Source of the DNA: Paracoccus suum
GTDB taxonomy: Bacteria; Pseudomonadota; Alphaproteobacteria; Rhodobacterales; Rhodobacteraceae
DNA: 32,000 bases
Direction: 5' to 3'
Assembly: GCF_003324675.1 (NCBI RefSeq)
Contig: NZ_CP030918.1
Span: 1,980,001 to 2,012,000, forward strand
Shown: positions 1 through 9,068 of the stretch, piece by piece
How the letters are laid out: each line of letters begins with the position of its first letter
How positions within the stretch are numbered: position 1 is the stretch's first letter
Position numbers and translations under genes: made by a program
Notes under the pieces: generated by a model
The model's database searches: none
Seen by the model: only the letters and a program-made list of their open reading frames with translations
What the model was told of the DNA's origin: nothing

Positions 1-96
1 GCGCCGCAGGCCCATGTTGTAGAGGTTGGTCGCCGTCGCGCCGTCAGCCAGCAGCCATGGCCGGTCGGCCAGCATTTCGGGCAGCGAAGCCGTCAT
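1..96 (-). CDS. homocysteine S-methyltransferase-family protein, first 32 codons only (gene runs off the left edge)
   Basis: Hand translation of the minus strand from ATG (complement of 94-96) gives MTASLPEMLADRPWLLADGATATNLYNMGLRR. The LLADGATxTNL motif is typical of the N-terminus of Hcy-binding methyltransferase domains. A GGAGGTA Shine-Dalgarno (complement of 101-107) lies 4 nt upstream. The ORF is too short to appear in the ORF track. Confidence 0.5.
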   Translation of the reverse strand, partial: MTASLPEMLADRPWLLADGATATNLYNMGLRR

Positions 97-130
97 GTCA
101 TACCTCCGGCCAGGCCGCGGCTTGCGCCGC

Positions 131-445
131 TCAGCCCTCCGCTTCGATTTGCTCGCGCGCGGTCTGACGCAGCTCGGCCATCTTGCCGCGGATCTCGACC
201 TCATTGGCCTTGCCCTGCAGGTCGGCCAGCAGCTTGCGCAGCACGTCCTCGTCGCCCGGCTCGTCGAAATCCGTGGTCACGACGCTCATCGCGTACTGGC
301 TGGCCTCGTCGCCGGACTTGCCGAGCAGCTGGGCAGCCCACTGGCCGAGCAGGCGATTGCGCCGCGCCTCGGCGCGAAAGCGCAGATCGTCGTCGCGGGC
401 GAACTTGGCCTCTTGCGCGCGTTGGCGGTCGTCGAAGGTGGTCAT
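131..445 (-). CDS. F1-ATPase inhibitor zeta subunit (DUF1476 family), 104 aa
   Basis: The track ORF 131..610 contains MTTFDDRQRAQEAKFARDDDLRFRAEARRNRLLGQWAAQLLGKSGDEASQYAMSVVTTDFDEPGDEDVLRKLLADLQGK. This closely resembles the Paracoccus denitrificans zeta subunit as I recall it. I chose the internal ATG (complement of 443-445) with GGAGAG 5 nt upstream. The 55 upstream codons are Arg/Pro-rich junk and overlap the purC start. Confidence 0.85.
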   Translation of the reverse strand: MTTFDDRQRAQEAKFARDDDLRFRAEARRNRLLGQWAAQLLGKSGDEASQYAMSVVTTDFDEPGDEDVLRKLLADLQGKANEVEIRGKMAELRQTAREQIEAEG

Positions 446-600
446 CGGCTCTCTCCTGACAGGTGCGGGTCGATGAGGGGGATATGCAGGCGCGGGAGCT
501 CGGCCGCAAGGGCGCGCCGCTGTCCGGCCCCTTCCCATGTATTGCCGCGCGAGGGCAAAGCGCCTAAACCTCGCGCAGCATTGATCGGAGGAGCGGCCCG

Positions 601-1365
601 ATGGCCTCACGGCGCAAGAAAGTCTACGAGGGCAAGGCCAAGATCCTCTATGAAGGCACCGAGCCGGGCACGCTGATCCAGTATTTCAAGGACGATGCCA
701 CCGCGTTCAACGCCCAGAAAAAGGCGGTGATCGAGGGCAAGGGCGTGCTGAACAACCGCCTGTCCGAATTCTTCATGACCGGCCTCGGCGCCATCGGTGT
801 CCCGACCCATTTCATCCGCCGCATCAACATGCGCGAGCAGCTGATCCGGCAGGTCGAGATCATCCCGCTGGAAGTGATCGTGCGCAACTTTGCCGCGGGC
901 AGCATCTCCAAGCGCCTCGGTATCGAGGAGGGCACAGCGCTGCCGCGCCCGATCGTCGAATACAGCTACAAGGATGATGCGCTGGGCGATCCGATGGTCA
1001 GCGAGGAATATGTCATCGCCTTTGGCTGGGCCAGCCAGCAGGATCTGGACGACATCGTGTCGCTGGCGCTGCGCGTCAACGATTTCCTCTCGGGCGTCTT
1101 TTACGGCGTCGGCATCAAGCTGGTCGATTTCAAGATCGAGATCGGGCGCATCTGGGACGGCGATTTCATGCGCCTGGTCGTGGCTGACGAGATCAGCCCG
1201 GACAGCTGCCGGCTGTGGGACGTGAAGTCCGGCCAGAAGCTGGACAAGGACGTGTTCCGCCGCGATCTGGGCAACCTGACCGACGCCTATACCGAGGTCG
1301 CGCGCCGTCTTGGCGTCCTGCAAGCGAGCCCCGCGCCGATCACCAAGCCCACGCTCATCAACTGA
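601..1365 (+). CDS. purC: phosphoribosylaminoimidazole-succinocarboxamide (SAICAR) synthase
   Basis: 254 aa. The sequence [35 protein letters not shown]...[11 protein letters not shown]...[10 protein letters not shown]...[13 protein letters not shown] is canonical PurC. GGAGGA lies upstream at 587-592. Confidence 0.95.
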   Translation: MASRRKKVYEGKAKILYEGTEPGTLIQYFKDDATAFNAQKKAVIEGKGVLNNRLSEFFMTGLGAIGVPTHFIRRINMREQLIRQVEIIPLEVIVRNFAAGSISKRLGIEEGTALPRPIVEYSYKDDALGDPMVSEEYVIAFGWASQQDLDDIVSLALRVNDFLSGVFYGVGIKLVDFKIEIGRIWDGDFMRLVVADEISPDSCRLWDVKSGQKLDKDVFRRDLGNLTDAYTEVARRLGVLQASPAPITKPTLIN

Positions 1366-1376
1366 AGGCCCCGTTC

Positions 1377-1622
1377 ATGTCCCTCAAAGCCCGCGTCACC
1401 GTCATGCTCAAGGACGGCGTTCTGGACCCGCAGGGTGCGGCGATCCGCCATGCCCTCGGCTCGCTGGGGTTCGGTGGCATCGACGGCGTGCGCCAGGGCA
1501 AGGTGATTGAGCTGGACCTTACCGCGACCGATCCGGCCGCAGCAGAGGCCGAGGTCAAGCGCATGTGCGAGGCACTGCTGGCGAACACGGTGATCGAGCG
1601 CTACCGCGTCGAGATGATCTGA
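1377..1622 (+). CDS. purS: phosphoribosylformylglycinamidine synthase subunit PurS
   Basis: 81 aa: MSLKARVTVMLKDGVLDPQGAAIRHALGSLGF...VKRMCEALLANTVIERYRVEMI, typical of PurS. The start is at ATG 1377 inside the longer track ORF 1215..1622. It lies immediately after purC, as usual. Confidence 0.9.
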   Translation: MSLKARVTVMLKDGVLDPQGAAIRHALGSLGFGGIDGVRQGKVIELDLTATDPAAAEAEVKRMCEALLANTVIERYRVEMI

Positions 1623-1634
1623 GCCGACGAAAAA

Positions 1635-1655
1635 GGGGCCGCATCGCTGCGACCC
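1635..1655 (-). terminator. intrinsic terminator candidate for the OmpA-like gene
   Basis: On the minus strand it reads GGGTCGCA-GCGA-TGCGGCCC. This is an 8-bp stem including one G.U, followed by CTTTTTCG. On the plus strand the same position is a C.A mismatch. Confidence 0.5.
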
Positions 1656-1685
1656 TTGAAGGTGGGCCCGTGAGGGCCGGGATCG

Positions 1686-1706
1686 GGGGCCGCATCGCTG
1701 CGGCCC
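1686..1706 (+). terminator. intrinsic terminator candidate for purS
   Basis: GGGGCCGCA-TCGC-TGCGGCCCC is a perfect 9-bp GC-rich stem followed by TTTCTGT. Confidence 0.55.
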
Positions 1707-1720
1707 CTTTCTGTATCCGG

Positions 1721-4069
1721 TCAGTTCTGCAGCAGATTGGTGATCCGGCGCACCGCCACGCGGCGGTTCTCGCGCACGTCACCTTCTGCCTGAACCTTCA
1801 GGAAGCGCTCGCCATAGCCCTGAACGACCAGGTTTTCGGGGGGCACCTGGAAGTATTCCGACAGCGCCAGGGCCAGCGATTCTGCGCGGCGGTCGGACAG
1901 GGCGAGGTTCGACGCGGGCTGGCCGACGGTGTCGGTATAGCCTTCGACCATGAAGACCTCGCGCGGGTTGGCTTTCACCATGTCGGCGATGGTCTTGCCG
2001 AGCGAGGAAAGCTGCTGCGCCTGATCGGGACGGATCGCGGCCGAGCCGGTGTCGAAGGTGATCGAGTCGATGCTGATCGGCGCGACCAGGCTACGCACCT
2101 CGGAGATGTTGCGCACCTGACCGAGCGAGAAGCGGCGGCTGACCGCTGCCTCACGCTCCAGCGCGTCGCGCAGCTGGCTTTCGCTCGACTGGCCCGAGTA
2201 GGTCACCGGGCGCGCGGCGGGGGGCAGCGCGGTGACCTGCACCGGCTCCACAGGGGCGGCGTCGTTGATCAGTTCGGTTGCGGTGCCGTCCGCCGCGATC
2301 AGGGTGCGGCGCAGGACCCGCAGCTGCGCGTCGCGAATAGTGACCACGCGGCTGCCGTCGTCACGGGTGATGATGCTGCGCGACGAGCCATCGGTGAAGT
2401 TCTCGGTCGTCACGCGCGCGCCGGGCTGCAGCAGCAAGGCGTTGTCGTCACGCCAGATCTGCTGGCTGCCGTCGGGCGCCTGCACCACGACGCGGTCGCC
2501 GGTGTTCAGCGCGACCTGGCCCTGATTCTGGATCATCTTGCCAACCGCATAGGCGCCGAGTCCGGCGACCAGCAACTTGGCCAGCATTTCCTTGCGGTCG
2601 TCATCGTCGTCGTTCTTGGCCGACTTGCCGCCGCTGGTGGTGGTCTCGCCAACATTGTTGATCGGGCCTTTGCCGGCCGCTGCGGCCGCCGCGGCGGCAA
2701 CGCTGGTCGCGAAATCCTCGGACGACGAGCGGGCGCTGCCGTCGGTCACGACGACCGAGCTGGCGTCATTGCCCACGGTGTCGGGCGCGTTCAGCGCATC
2801 CACAACGACCGGGGTGTTGGCGGCGGCATTGTCGGCCGACTTGCTGTTGGGCGAGACGACGACCGGCGCTTTGCCGGCGGCGGCTGCTGCGGCTGCGGCC
2901 GCTGTACCAGCGGCAGCGACAGGAGCCACCGACTTGGCCTTACCCAGCGCTTCTGACATCAAGGCCTTGTCGGCGTCATCCACAACGACCGGGCGCGGCG
3001 CCTCTTTCTGGCCGGTGGCGGCGGTCACAGCGCCCGGGGCGACCACGACCGGCGTGGTTCCCGTCCCGGCGGCGGGCTTTGCGACCACGGGTGCGGTCGC
3101 GGCAGCGGGCTTGGCGGCGGGGGCGACCACAACAGGCGCCTTGGCGCCATCCTTTTTCGCGAGGGCCTCTGCCAAGGCGTCAGCGTCTGGCGCCTTGGTG
3201 CCGGGGCTCACGGCGACCGGCTCGGCCGGCGCCTTGGTGGTGGCGTAATCGGGCGACTTAGCATTGGGCGAGACTGCAATGGCCGGCTTGGTCGTGGGGG
3301 AGGGCTGCTCGGGCACGGGCTTGGCGGCGGGCGCGACGACGACGGGCGTGGATGCCTCGGCAGCCTTTGCCGCGGCCTTGTCGGCGGCAACCTTGGCAGC
3401 AGCAGCCTTCTCCTGGGCGACCTTTGCAGCGGCCGCCTTGTCCGCGGCAGCCTTCACCTCAGCATCATTGGCTTTCGCGACCGGCTTGGCCGGGGCGACG
3501 ACCACCGGTGCCTCGGCTTCCGCCTTGGCTTTGGCGTCCGCTTTGGGCTTGTCCTTGGGGGCAACGACGACAGGCGCATCCGCCGTGGCCTTGGCGCCGG
3601 CCTTGACCGGCGCGTCGGCCTTTGCATCAGCCTTGGCCTTCACCCCGGCCTTGCCGGGGGCGACCACGACCGGTGCGTCGCCATCCTCAGCAGCTGCCTT
3701 TGACTTGGCGTTGGGCGAGACGACGATCGGGCTCTTGCCGTCCTTGGCAGCTTCCTTCGCGGCCACGTCCGCCTCTTTCGCTGCTTCCTTGGCTTCGGCG
3801 GCAGCCTCCTTGGCAGCTTCCTTCGCCTTCTTCGCGGCTTCCTTGGCCTTCTTCTCAAGTTCTGCCTTCGACACAGGTGCCTTGCCCGTGGCGGCAGCGG
3901 CCGCAGCGGCGGCCTCGGCGTCGGTCAGCGCCTCTGTGGGCGGCACGACCACGACGGGCTGGGTTTGGGCTTGGGCCAATCCAATCGGAACCTGCGCCTG
4001 CAGCAGCGTGGGAGTAACGATTCCAAGAATGGCGGCGATGGCGGTGGTCGAGCGGAACAGGCGATTCAT
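1721..4069 (-). CDS. OmpA-family (peptidoglycan-binding OmpA/MotB C-terminal domain) protein with a long Ala/Lys/Pro-rich repeat region
   Basis: 782 aa. The N-terminal signal-like MNRLFRSTTAIAAILGIVTPTLLQAQ is present. The C-terminus VFMVEGYTDTVGQPASNLALSDRRAESLALALSEYF...VVQGYGE...NRRVAVRR is a classic OmpA_C domain. GAGGAGG lies 9 nt upstream of the ATG (complement of 4067-4069). Confidence 0.85.
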   Translation of the reverse strand: MNRLFRSTTAIAAILGIVTPTLLQAQVPIGLAQAQTQPVVVVPPTEALTDAEAAAAAAAATGKAPVSKAELEKKAKEAAKKAKEAAKEAAAEAKEAAKEADVAAKEAAKDGKSPIVVSPNAKSKAAAEDGDAPVVVAPGKAGVKAKADAKADAPVKAGAKATADAPVVVAPKDKPKADAKAKAEAEAPVVVAPAKPVAKANDAEVKAAADKAAAAKVAQEKAAAAKVAADKAAAKAAEASTPVVVAPAAKPVPEQPSPTTKPAIAVSPNAKSPDYATTKAPAEPVAVSPGTKAPDADALAEALAKKDGAKAPVVVAPAAKPAAATAPVVAKPAAGTGTTPVVVAPGAVTAATGQKEAPRPVVVDDADKALMSEALGKAKSVAPVAAAGTAAAAAAAAAGKAPVVVSPNSKSADNAAANTPVVVDALNAPDTVGNDASSVVVTDGSARSSSEDFATSVAAAAAAAAGKGPINNVGETTTSGGKSAKNDDDDDRKEMLAKLLVAGLGAYAVGKMIQNQGQVALNTGDRVVVQAPDGSQQIWRDDNALLLQPGARVTTENFTDGSSRSIITRDDGSRVVTIRDAQLRVLRRTLIAADGTATELINDAAPVEPVQVTALPPAARPVTYSGQSSESQLRDALEREAAVSRRFSLGQVRNISEVRSLVAPISIDSITFDTGSAAIRPDQAQQLSSLGKTIADMVKANPREVFMVEGYTDTVGQPASNLALSDRRAESLALALSEYFQVPPENLVVQGYGERFLKVQAEGDVRENRRVAVRRITNLLQN
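2660..3965 (-). repeat. coding low-complexity region with about 13-15 copies of a P-V-V-V-(A/S)-P-type motif, separated by Ala/Lys/Glu/Asp-rich linkers
   Basis: Motifs read from the translation are QPVVVVPP, SPIVVSPN, APVVVAPG, APVVVAPK, APVVVAPA, TPVVVAPA, PAIAVSPN, EPVAVSPG, APVVVAPA, TPVVVAPG, RPVVVDDA, APVVVSPN and TPVVVDAL. The DNA copies differ at synonymous positions, for example gcgaccacgaccgg, gcgaccacaacagg, gcgacgacgacggg and gcaacgacgacagg. Confidence 0.7.
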
Positions 4070-4218
4070 GTGCGGTGCCTCCTCGGGCGAAACTTGTCGC
4101 AGCCTAACCTAGCCGCGCGCCGGCAGTTCCTCAAAGCTTGCCCCCGCCGCCTGACAAGTTGCGGAGGATTGCGTGATCGCAGCCCACGTCTTATTCACAG
4201 GGAACGCAGGAGGATCGC

Positions 4219-5472
<1,254 letters not shown>

Positions 5473-5473
5473 A

Positions 5474-6544
5474 GTGAGCGCGGCGACCGCGACCCCAAGC
5501 TACGGTCCGGTCGCCCCGCGTCCGGCCCGTCATCAGGACGCAGTCGTCTTTACCTGCGACGCCGGCCATCTGCCCTATGCCTGGGCCGCCGCCGACCGCA
5601 TCACCCGGATGGAGCCGGGCCGTCGCTTTGACGTGGTGCTGGCCTCGCCCGACATCGACCGGGTGCCGCTACACCTGCGGGATGGCGAGGTGCGGCTGCT
5701 ACCCTTGGTGCCGGTGATGCCGCAGATCGGCATCACCAACCCGCGCATCACCATCGCCTCGTATTTTCGCTACCTGCTGCCGGGGCTGTTGCGCAACGAC
5801 TACCGCGCCATGCTCTACTGCGACACCGACACAAGCCTGCGTCGCCCCGCGGTCCAGCAGTTGTTCGATTCGATTGCAGCGCCCTTTCCGCTGGCAGCGG
5901 TCCCCGACTTCGCGCATCGCGAAGCGCTAAAGCCGCATCGCAGCGCCAAGGGGCGCGCAAACTCGGCCCGGCTGCGGGCCGCGCTGGGCGGTCCGGACGG
6001 CATCTACTGGCAATCGGGCGTGCTGCTGTTCCAGACCGCCCCCTATGAGGCCGAGGGTATCACCGAGCGGATGATGGCCTTCGCCCAGGCCAACCAGCAG
6101 GTCATGGCGCGTGATCGTCAGGGCGATCAGGGTGCACTGAACGGCAGCGCGGCCCATCTGATCGCGCTGCTCAGCCCGCGCTGGAACTGGCACAACTACC
6201 GCTGGCTGCGGCCCGAGTTGGTGCGCCGCTTCGATCCGCTTCTTCTGCACTTCTCGGGCGGGGCGAAGCCCTGGCTGCTGACTGACGATCCTTTGGCGGC
6301 CGAGGTCACGGGCGACTGGCATGCCGCCCTGCGCCGTTGGGACCCGGCATTTGTCCCGCGCCCGCAGCGCGGCTCGCTGGCCCATGCGGCCGCCCATCCG
6401 CCGACCGGCATCCGCCCCGTGGACAAGCTGCTGGTCGGCCTGCGGCAGCTGGGCCGTGGCATCGGCCACGCCATGCCCGCCAAGGTCGGCCGCAGCGGCG
6501 TTGCCGAGATGCGCCGGTTGATCGAGACTACTGACATCGGCTAG
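5474..6544 (+). CDS. glycosyltransferase family 8-like protein
   Basis: 356 aa. The N-terminal VVFTCDAGHLPYAWAAA, a DxD motif in MLYCDTDT and the C-terminal LLHFSGGAKPW fit the GT8 (LPS glycosyltransferase/glycogenin-like) layout. A GTG start at 5474 is the only start upstream of the conserved N-terminus. It lies 1 nt after the gcdH stop. Confidence 0.7.
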   Translation: MSAATATPSYGPVAPRPARHQDAVVFTCDAGHLPYAWAAADRITRMEPGRRFDVVLASPDIDRVPLHLRDGEVRLLPLVPVMPQIGITNPRITIASYFRYLLPGLLRNDYRAMLYCDTDTSLRRPAVQQLFDSIAAPFPLAAVPDFAHREALKPHRSAKGRANSARLRAALGGPDGIYWQSGVLLFQTAPYEAEGITERMMAFAQANQQVMARDRQGDQGALNGSAAHLIALLSPRWNWHNYRWLRPELVRRFDPLLLHFSGGAKPWLLTDDPLAAEVTGDWHAALRRWDPAFVPRPQRGSLAHAAAHPPTGIRPVDKLLVGLRQLGRGIGHAMPAKVGRSGVAEMRRLIETTDIG

Positions 6545-6614
6545 CAGCGCGCGCTTTCCATTGCCGCCCCAAGCGCCTAAAGGCCGACAAGAAAAAGAGA
6601 CGCGGGACTGCCCG

Positions 6615-7784
6615 ATGACGCTGATTACGACCACCGAAGAACTCGCGGCGTTCTGTGCCGAGGCCAAGACCCATCCCTACGTCACCGTCGACACGGAGTT
6701 CCTGCGCGAGCGGACCTATTACAGCAAGCTGTGCTTGATCCAGATGGCCCTGCCGCCGGCCTCAGGCCCCAAGGCCCCGGGCGGCCCGGCGGTGCTGGTC
6801 GATCCGCTGGCGCCGGGCTTGTCGCTGGAGCCGCTCTACGATCTGTTCCGGCATACCGGCACCGTGAAGGTGTTCCACGCCGCCCGGCAGGACCTGGAAA
6901 TCTTCTTTCACGACGCAGGCATCTTTCCCCAACCGCTGTTCGACACGCAGGTCGCGGCCATGGTTTGCGGCTTTGGCGAGCAGGCGGGCTACGAGACGCT
7001 GGTCAAGCGGATCGCCCGCCAGCCGCTCGACAAGTCCTCGCGCTTTACCGACTGGTCGCATCGCCCGCTCAGTCAGGCGCAGATGGATTATGCGCTGGCG
7101 GATGTCACGCACCTCCGCGCGATCTATGAGTTTCTCGCCGGGCAGCTGGAAAAGACCGGACGCTCCCCCTGGGTTGCCGAGGAGATCGGCGTTCTGCTGG
7201 ACCCCGAGACCTATATCACGCGGCCCGAGGATGCCTGGCTGCGGGTGCGCACGCGCAGCAACTCGCCGCGATTTCTGGCCGCGCTGAAAGAGCTGGCCAG
7301 GTTCCGCGAGGAATATGCGCAAAGCCGCGACGTGCCACGCTCGCGCGTCTACAAGGACGATGCGATGGTCGAACTGGCCTCGACCCGACCGCAGAACGAG
7401 GACGAGTTGGGACGCTCGCGCCTGCTGCTGCGCGAGGCGCGCCGGGGCGAGATTGCGACCGGCATCTTTGACGCGCTCAGCCGCGCCGCGGCCGAGAAGG
7501 ACCCGCCCAGGCTGCCCGACAGCGAGCCAGGGGCGCCGGGCAATCCGGCCCTGGCGGACCTGCTACGCGTGTTGCTGAAGGCGAAGGCCGATGCCGCCGG
7601 CGTCGCGCCGCGGCTGATCGCCTCGGCGGCCGAACTGGACGCGATCGCCTCGGGCGGGCGCGACGTTCCCGCACTGGCGGGGTGGCGGGCCGAAGTGTTT
7701 GGCACTGACGCGCTGCGCCTCGCGGCGGGCGAGGTAGCCTTGTCGGCCCGCAACGGTGCGGTACGTGTCGTGTCCGTGGGCTGA
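6615..7784 (+). CDS. rnd: ribonuclease D
   Basis: MTLITTTEELAAFCAEAKTHPYVTVDTEFLRERTYYSKLCLIQMA...KVFHAARQDLEIF...DKSSRFTDWSHRPLSQAQMDYALADVTHL shows the DEDD 3'-5' exonuclease motifs plus an HRDC-like tail. The start is at ATG 6615 inside the track ORF 6561..7784. Confidence 0.9.
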   Translation: MTLITTTEELAAFCAEAKTHPYVTVDTEFLRERTYYSKLCLIQMALPPASGPKAPGGPAVLVDPLAPGLSLEPLYDLFRHTGTVKVFHAARQDLEIFFHDAGIFPQPLFDTQVAAMVCGFGEQAGYETLVKRIARQPLDKSSRFTDWSHRPLSQAQMDYALADVTHLRAIYEFLAGQLEKTGRSPWVAEEIGVLLDPETYITRPEDAWLRVRTRSNSPRFLAALKELARFREEYAQSRDVPRSRVYKDDAMVELASTRPQNEDELGRSRLLLREARRGEIATGIFDALSRAAAEKDPPRLPDSEPGAPGNPALADLLRVLLKAKADAAGVAPRLIASAAELDAIASGGRDVPALAGWRAEVFGTDALRLAAGEVALSARNGAVRVVSVG

Positions 7785-7802
7785 CATCAAAAGGCGCGCG
7801 CC

Positions 7803-8819
7803 ATGACTCGCATCACCCTCGACAGGCCCCGGACCGAGGATATCCCGCGGATCACGGCCGCGATGCAGGCGCCCGAGACGGCACAATGGCTCAGCAGCGT
7901 GCCTCAGCCCTACGGCATTGCCGATGCGGAGGCGTTCGTGACGACCACCGCCACCCCGGGTGAGCATGCGATCCGCGTCGATGGCACATTTGCGGGCATG
8001 GTCCGGGGCGGCCCCGACCTCGGTTACTGGCTGACGCCTGAGTTTCAGGGCCGCGGTATCGCCACCCGCGCCGCTGTGCTGGCGCTGTCGCGCTCATTTG
8101 CCGCCGGCCAGTCCCTGATCGGGGCGCAAGTGATGGACGGCAACGGCCCGTCGCAGGCCGTGCTGGCCCGCCTCGGGTTCCAGCCCGTAGGGCGCGTGCA
8201 GATCCATTCGCCCACGCGCGGCGTCGTCCCGGGGACACGTCATCACCTGACGCTGCCCGAATTTGCCGCCGCCCAGCCGGTTCACCTGACCACCGAGCGC
8301 TGCGAGATCGGGCCGGTCCGCGAGACCGATCTGGCCGACCTGCGCGCCATCGCCACGCAGGGGGAGGTGGCGCGGATGCTGTTCCTGTTCTATCCAGACA
8401 TGCCCGAGGGCGAGTTCGCCACAACCCATCCCGAATGGACCGGCCTGCCGCCGTTCCGCTGCACCGTCCGCCAGGGCGGGCGGATCATCGGCTCGGTTGG
8501 GGTCGGGGCCTTGGGCGACGGCGCGGGTCACATGCCGCCGGTGTTCTATTACCTGACGCCCGAGGTTGCGGGACGCGGTATCGCCTCGGAAGTAGTCCCG
8601 GCCTTCTGTGACATGGTCCTGCAACGTTTCGGCCTTGCCGGGCTGACTGCGGGGGTGTTCGATGACAACCCGGCCTCGGCGCGGGTGCTGGAAAAGGCGG
8701 GCTTCACTCGGGGCGCGGCGATGGAGTTTCCGACGCGCGGCCGTAGCGCGCCGGCGGCGGGCCATCACTTCACCCGCGTCGCGAGTGACCGGGCCGCGGA
8801 CAAGGCGGAGTCAGAGTAA
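7803..8819 (+). CDS. tandem-GNAT N-acetyltransferase (two RimJ/RimL-like domains)
   Basis: 338 aa in two halves. Each half has the acetyl-CoA loop: half 1 GYWLTPEFQGRGIATRAAVLAL...ARLGF, and half 2 YYLTPEVAGRGIASEVVPAFCDMV...DDNPASARVLEKAGF. Confidence 0.75.
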   Translation: MTRITLDRPRTEDIPRITAAMQAPETAQWLSSVPQPYGIADAEAFVTTTATPGEHAIRVDGTFAGMVRGGPDLGYWLTPEFQGRGIATRAAVLALSRSFAAGQSLIGAQVMDGNGPSQAVLARLGFQPVGRVQIHSPTRGVVPGTRHHLTLPEFAAAQPVHLTTERCEIGPVRETDLADLRAIATQGEVARMLFLFYPDMPEGEFATTHPEWTGLPPFRCTVRQGGRIIGSVGVGALGDGAGHMPPVFYYLTPEVAGRGIASEVVPAFCDMVLQRFGLAGLTAGVFDDNPASARVLEKAGFTRGAAMEFPTRGRSAPAAGHHFTRVASDRAADKAESE

Positions 8820-9068
8820 TCCCGAACCTCGGCGGCTTTAACCGCCCGGGAGCGCCTCGGTCGCCAGCGCCTGCACGTCTCGCGATGCACGGCGGACGAA
8901 CCTGCTACCCTTTTTGTCATGAAGCTGCCACGATCGCCGGCGCCGCCTGCGCGGTGCATGCTGTTAACGACGCCGGGGATCAATCGCTGCCATCTTGCCT
9001 CGCGTGCGCTTCAGGGCGTCGCCTTGGCACGCCGGCCGCCACCCCGACCATAACCGAGAGGATACACC

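Noticed and set aside
446-610. N-terminal 55-codon extension of the zeta-subunit ORF. Similar upstream extensions exist for purS (1215), rnd (6561), the ABC ATPase (11694), both permeases (12521, 13180), the cytochrome c gene (21090) and hmgA (30557).
   Set aside because: The extensions are Arg/Pro-rich and overlap neighbouring genes or promoters. They precede internal ATGs that have Shine-Dalgarno sequences and match the known family N-termini.
2660-3965. Periodic-looking DNA (recurring gcgaccacgaccgg-like units), considered as a possible CRISPR array or tandem repeat
   Set aside because: The units are short and degenerate at synonymous positions, are irregularly spaced, and lie inside a continuous ORF. 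They encode the PVVV(A/S)P peptide motif. No cas genes are present.
1565-4112. Plus-strand ORFs (463 aa, 223 aa and 282 aa) opposite the OmpA-like gene, including Ala/Thr/Gly-rich low-complexity translations
   Set aside because: They are mirror images of the Ala/Lys/Pro-rich repeat region. They have no start context, and the minus-strand frame has a signal peptide, an SD sequence and an OmpA_C domain.
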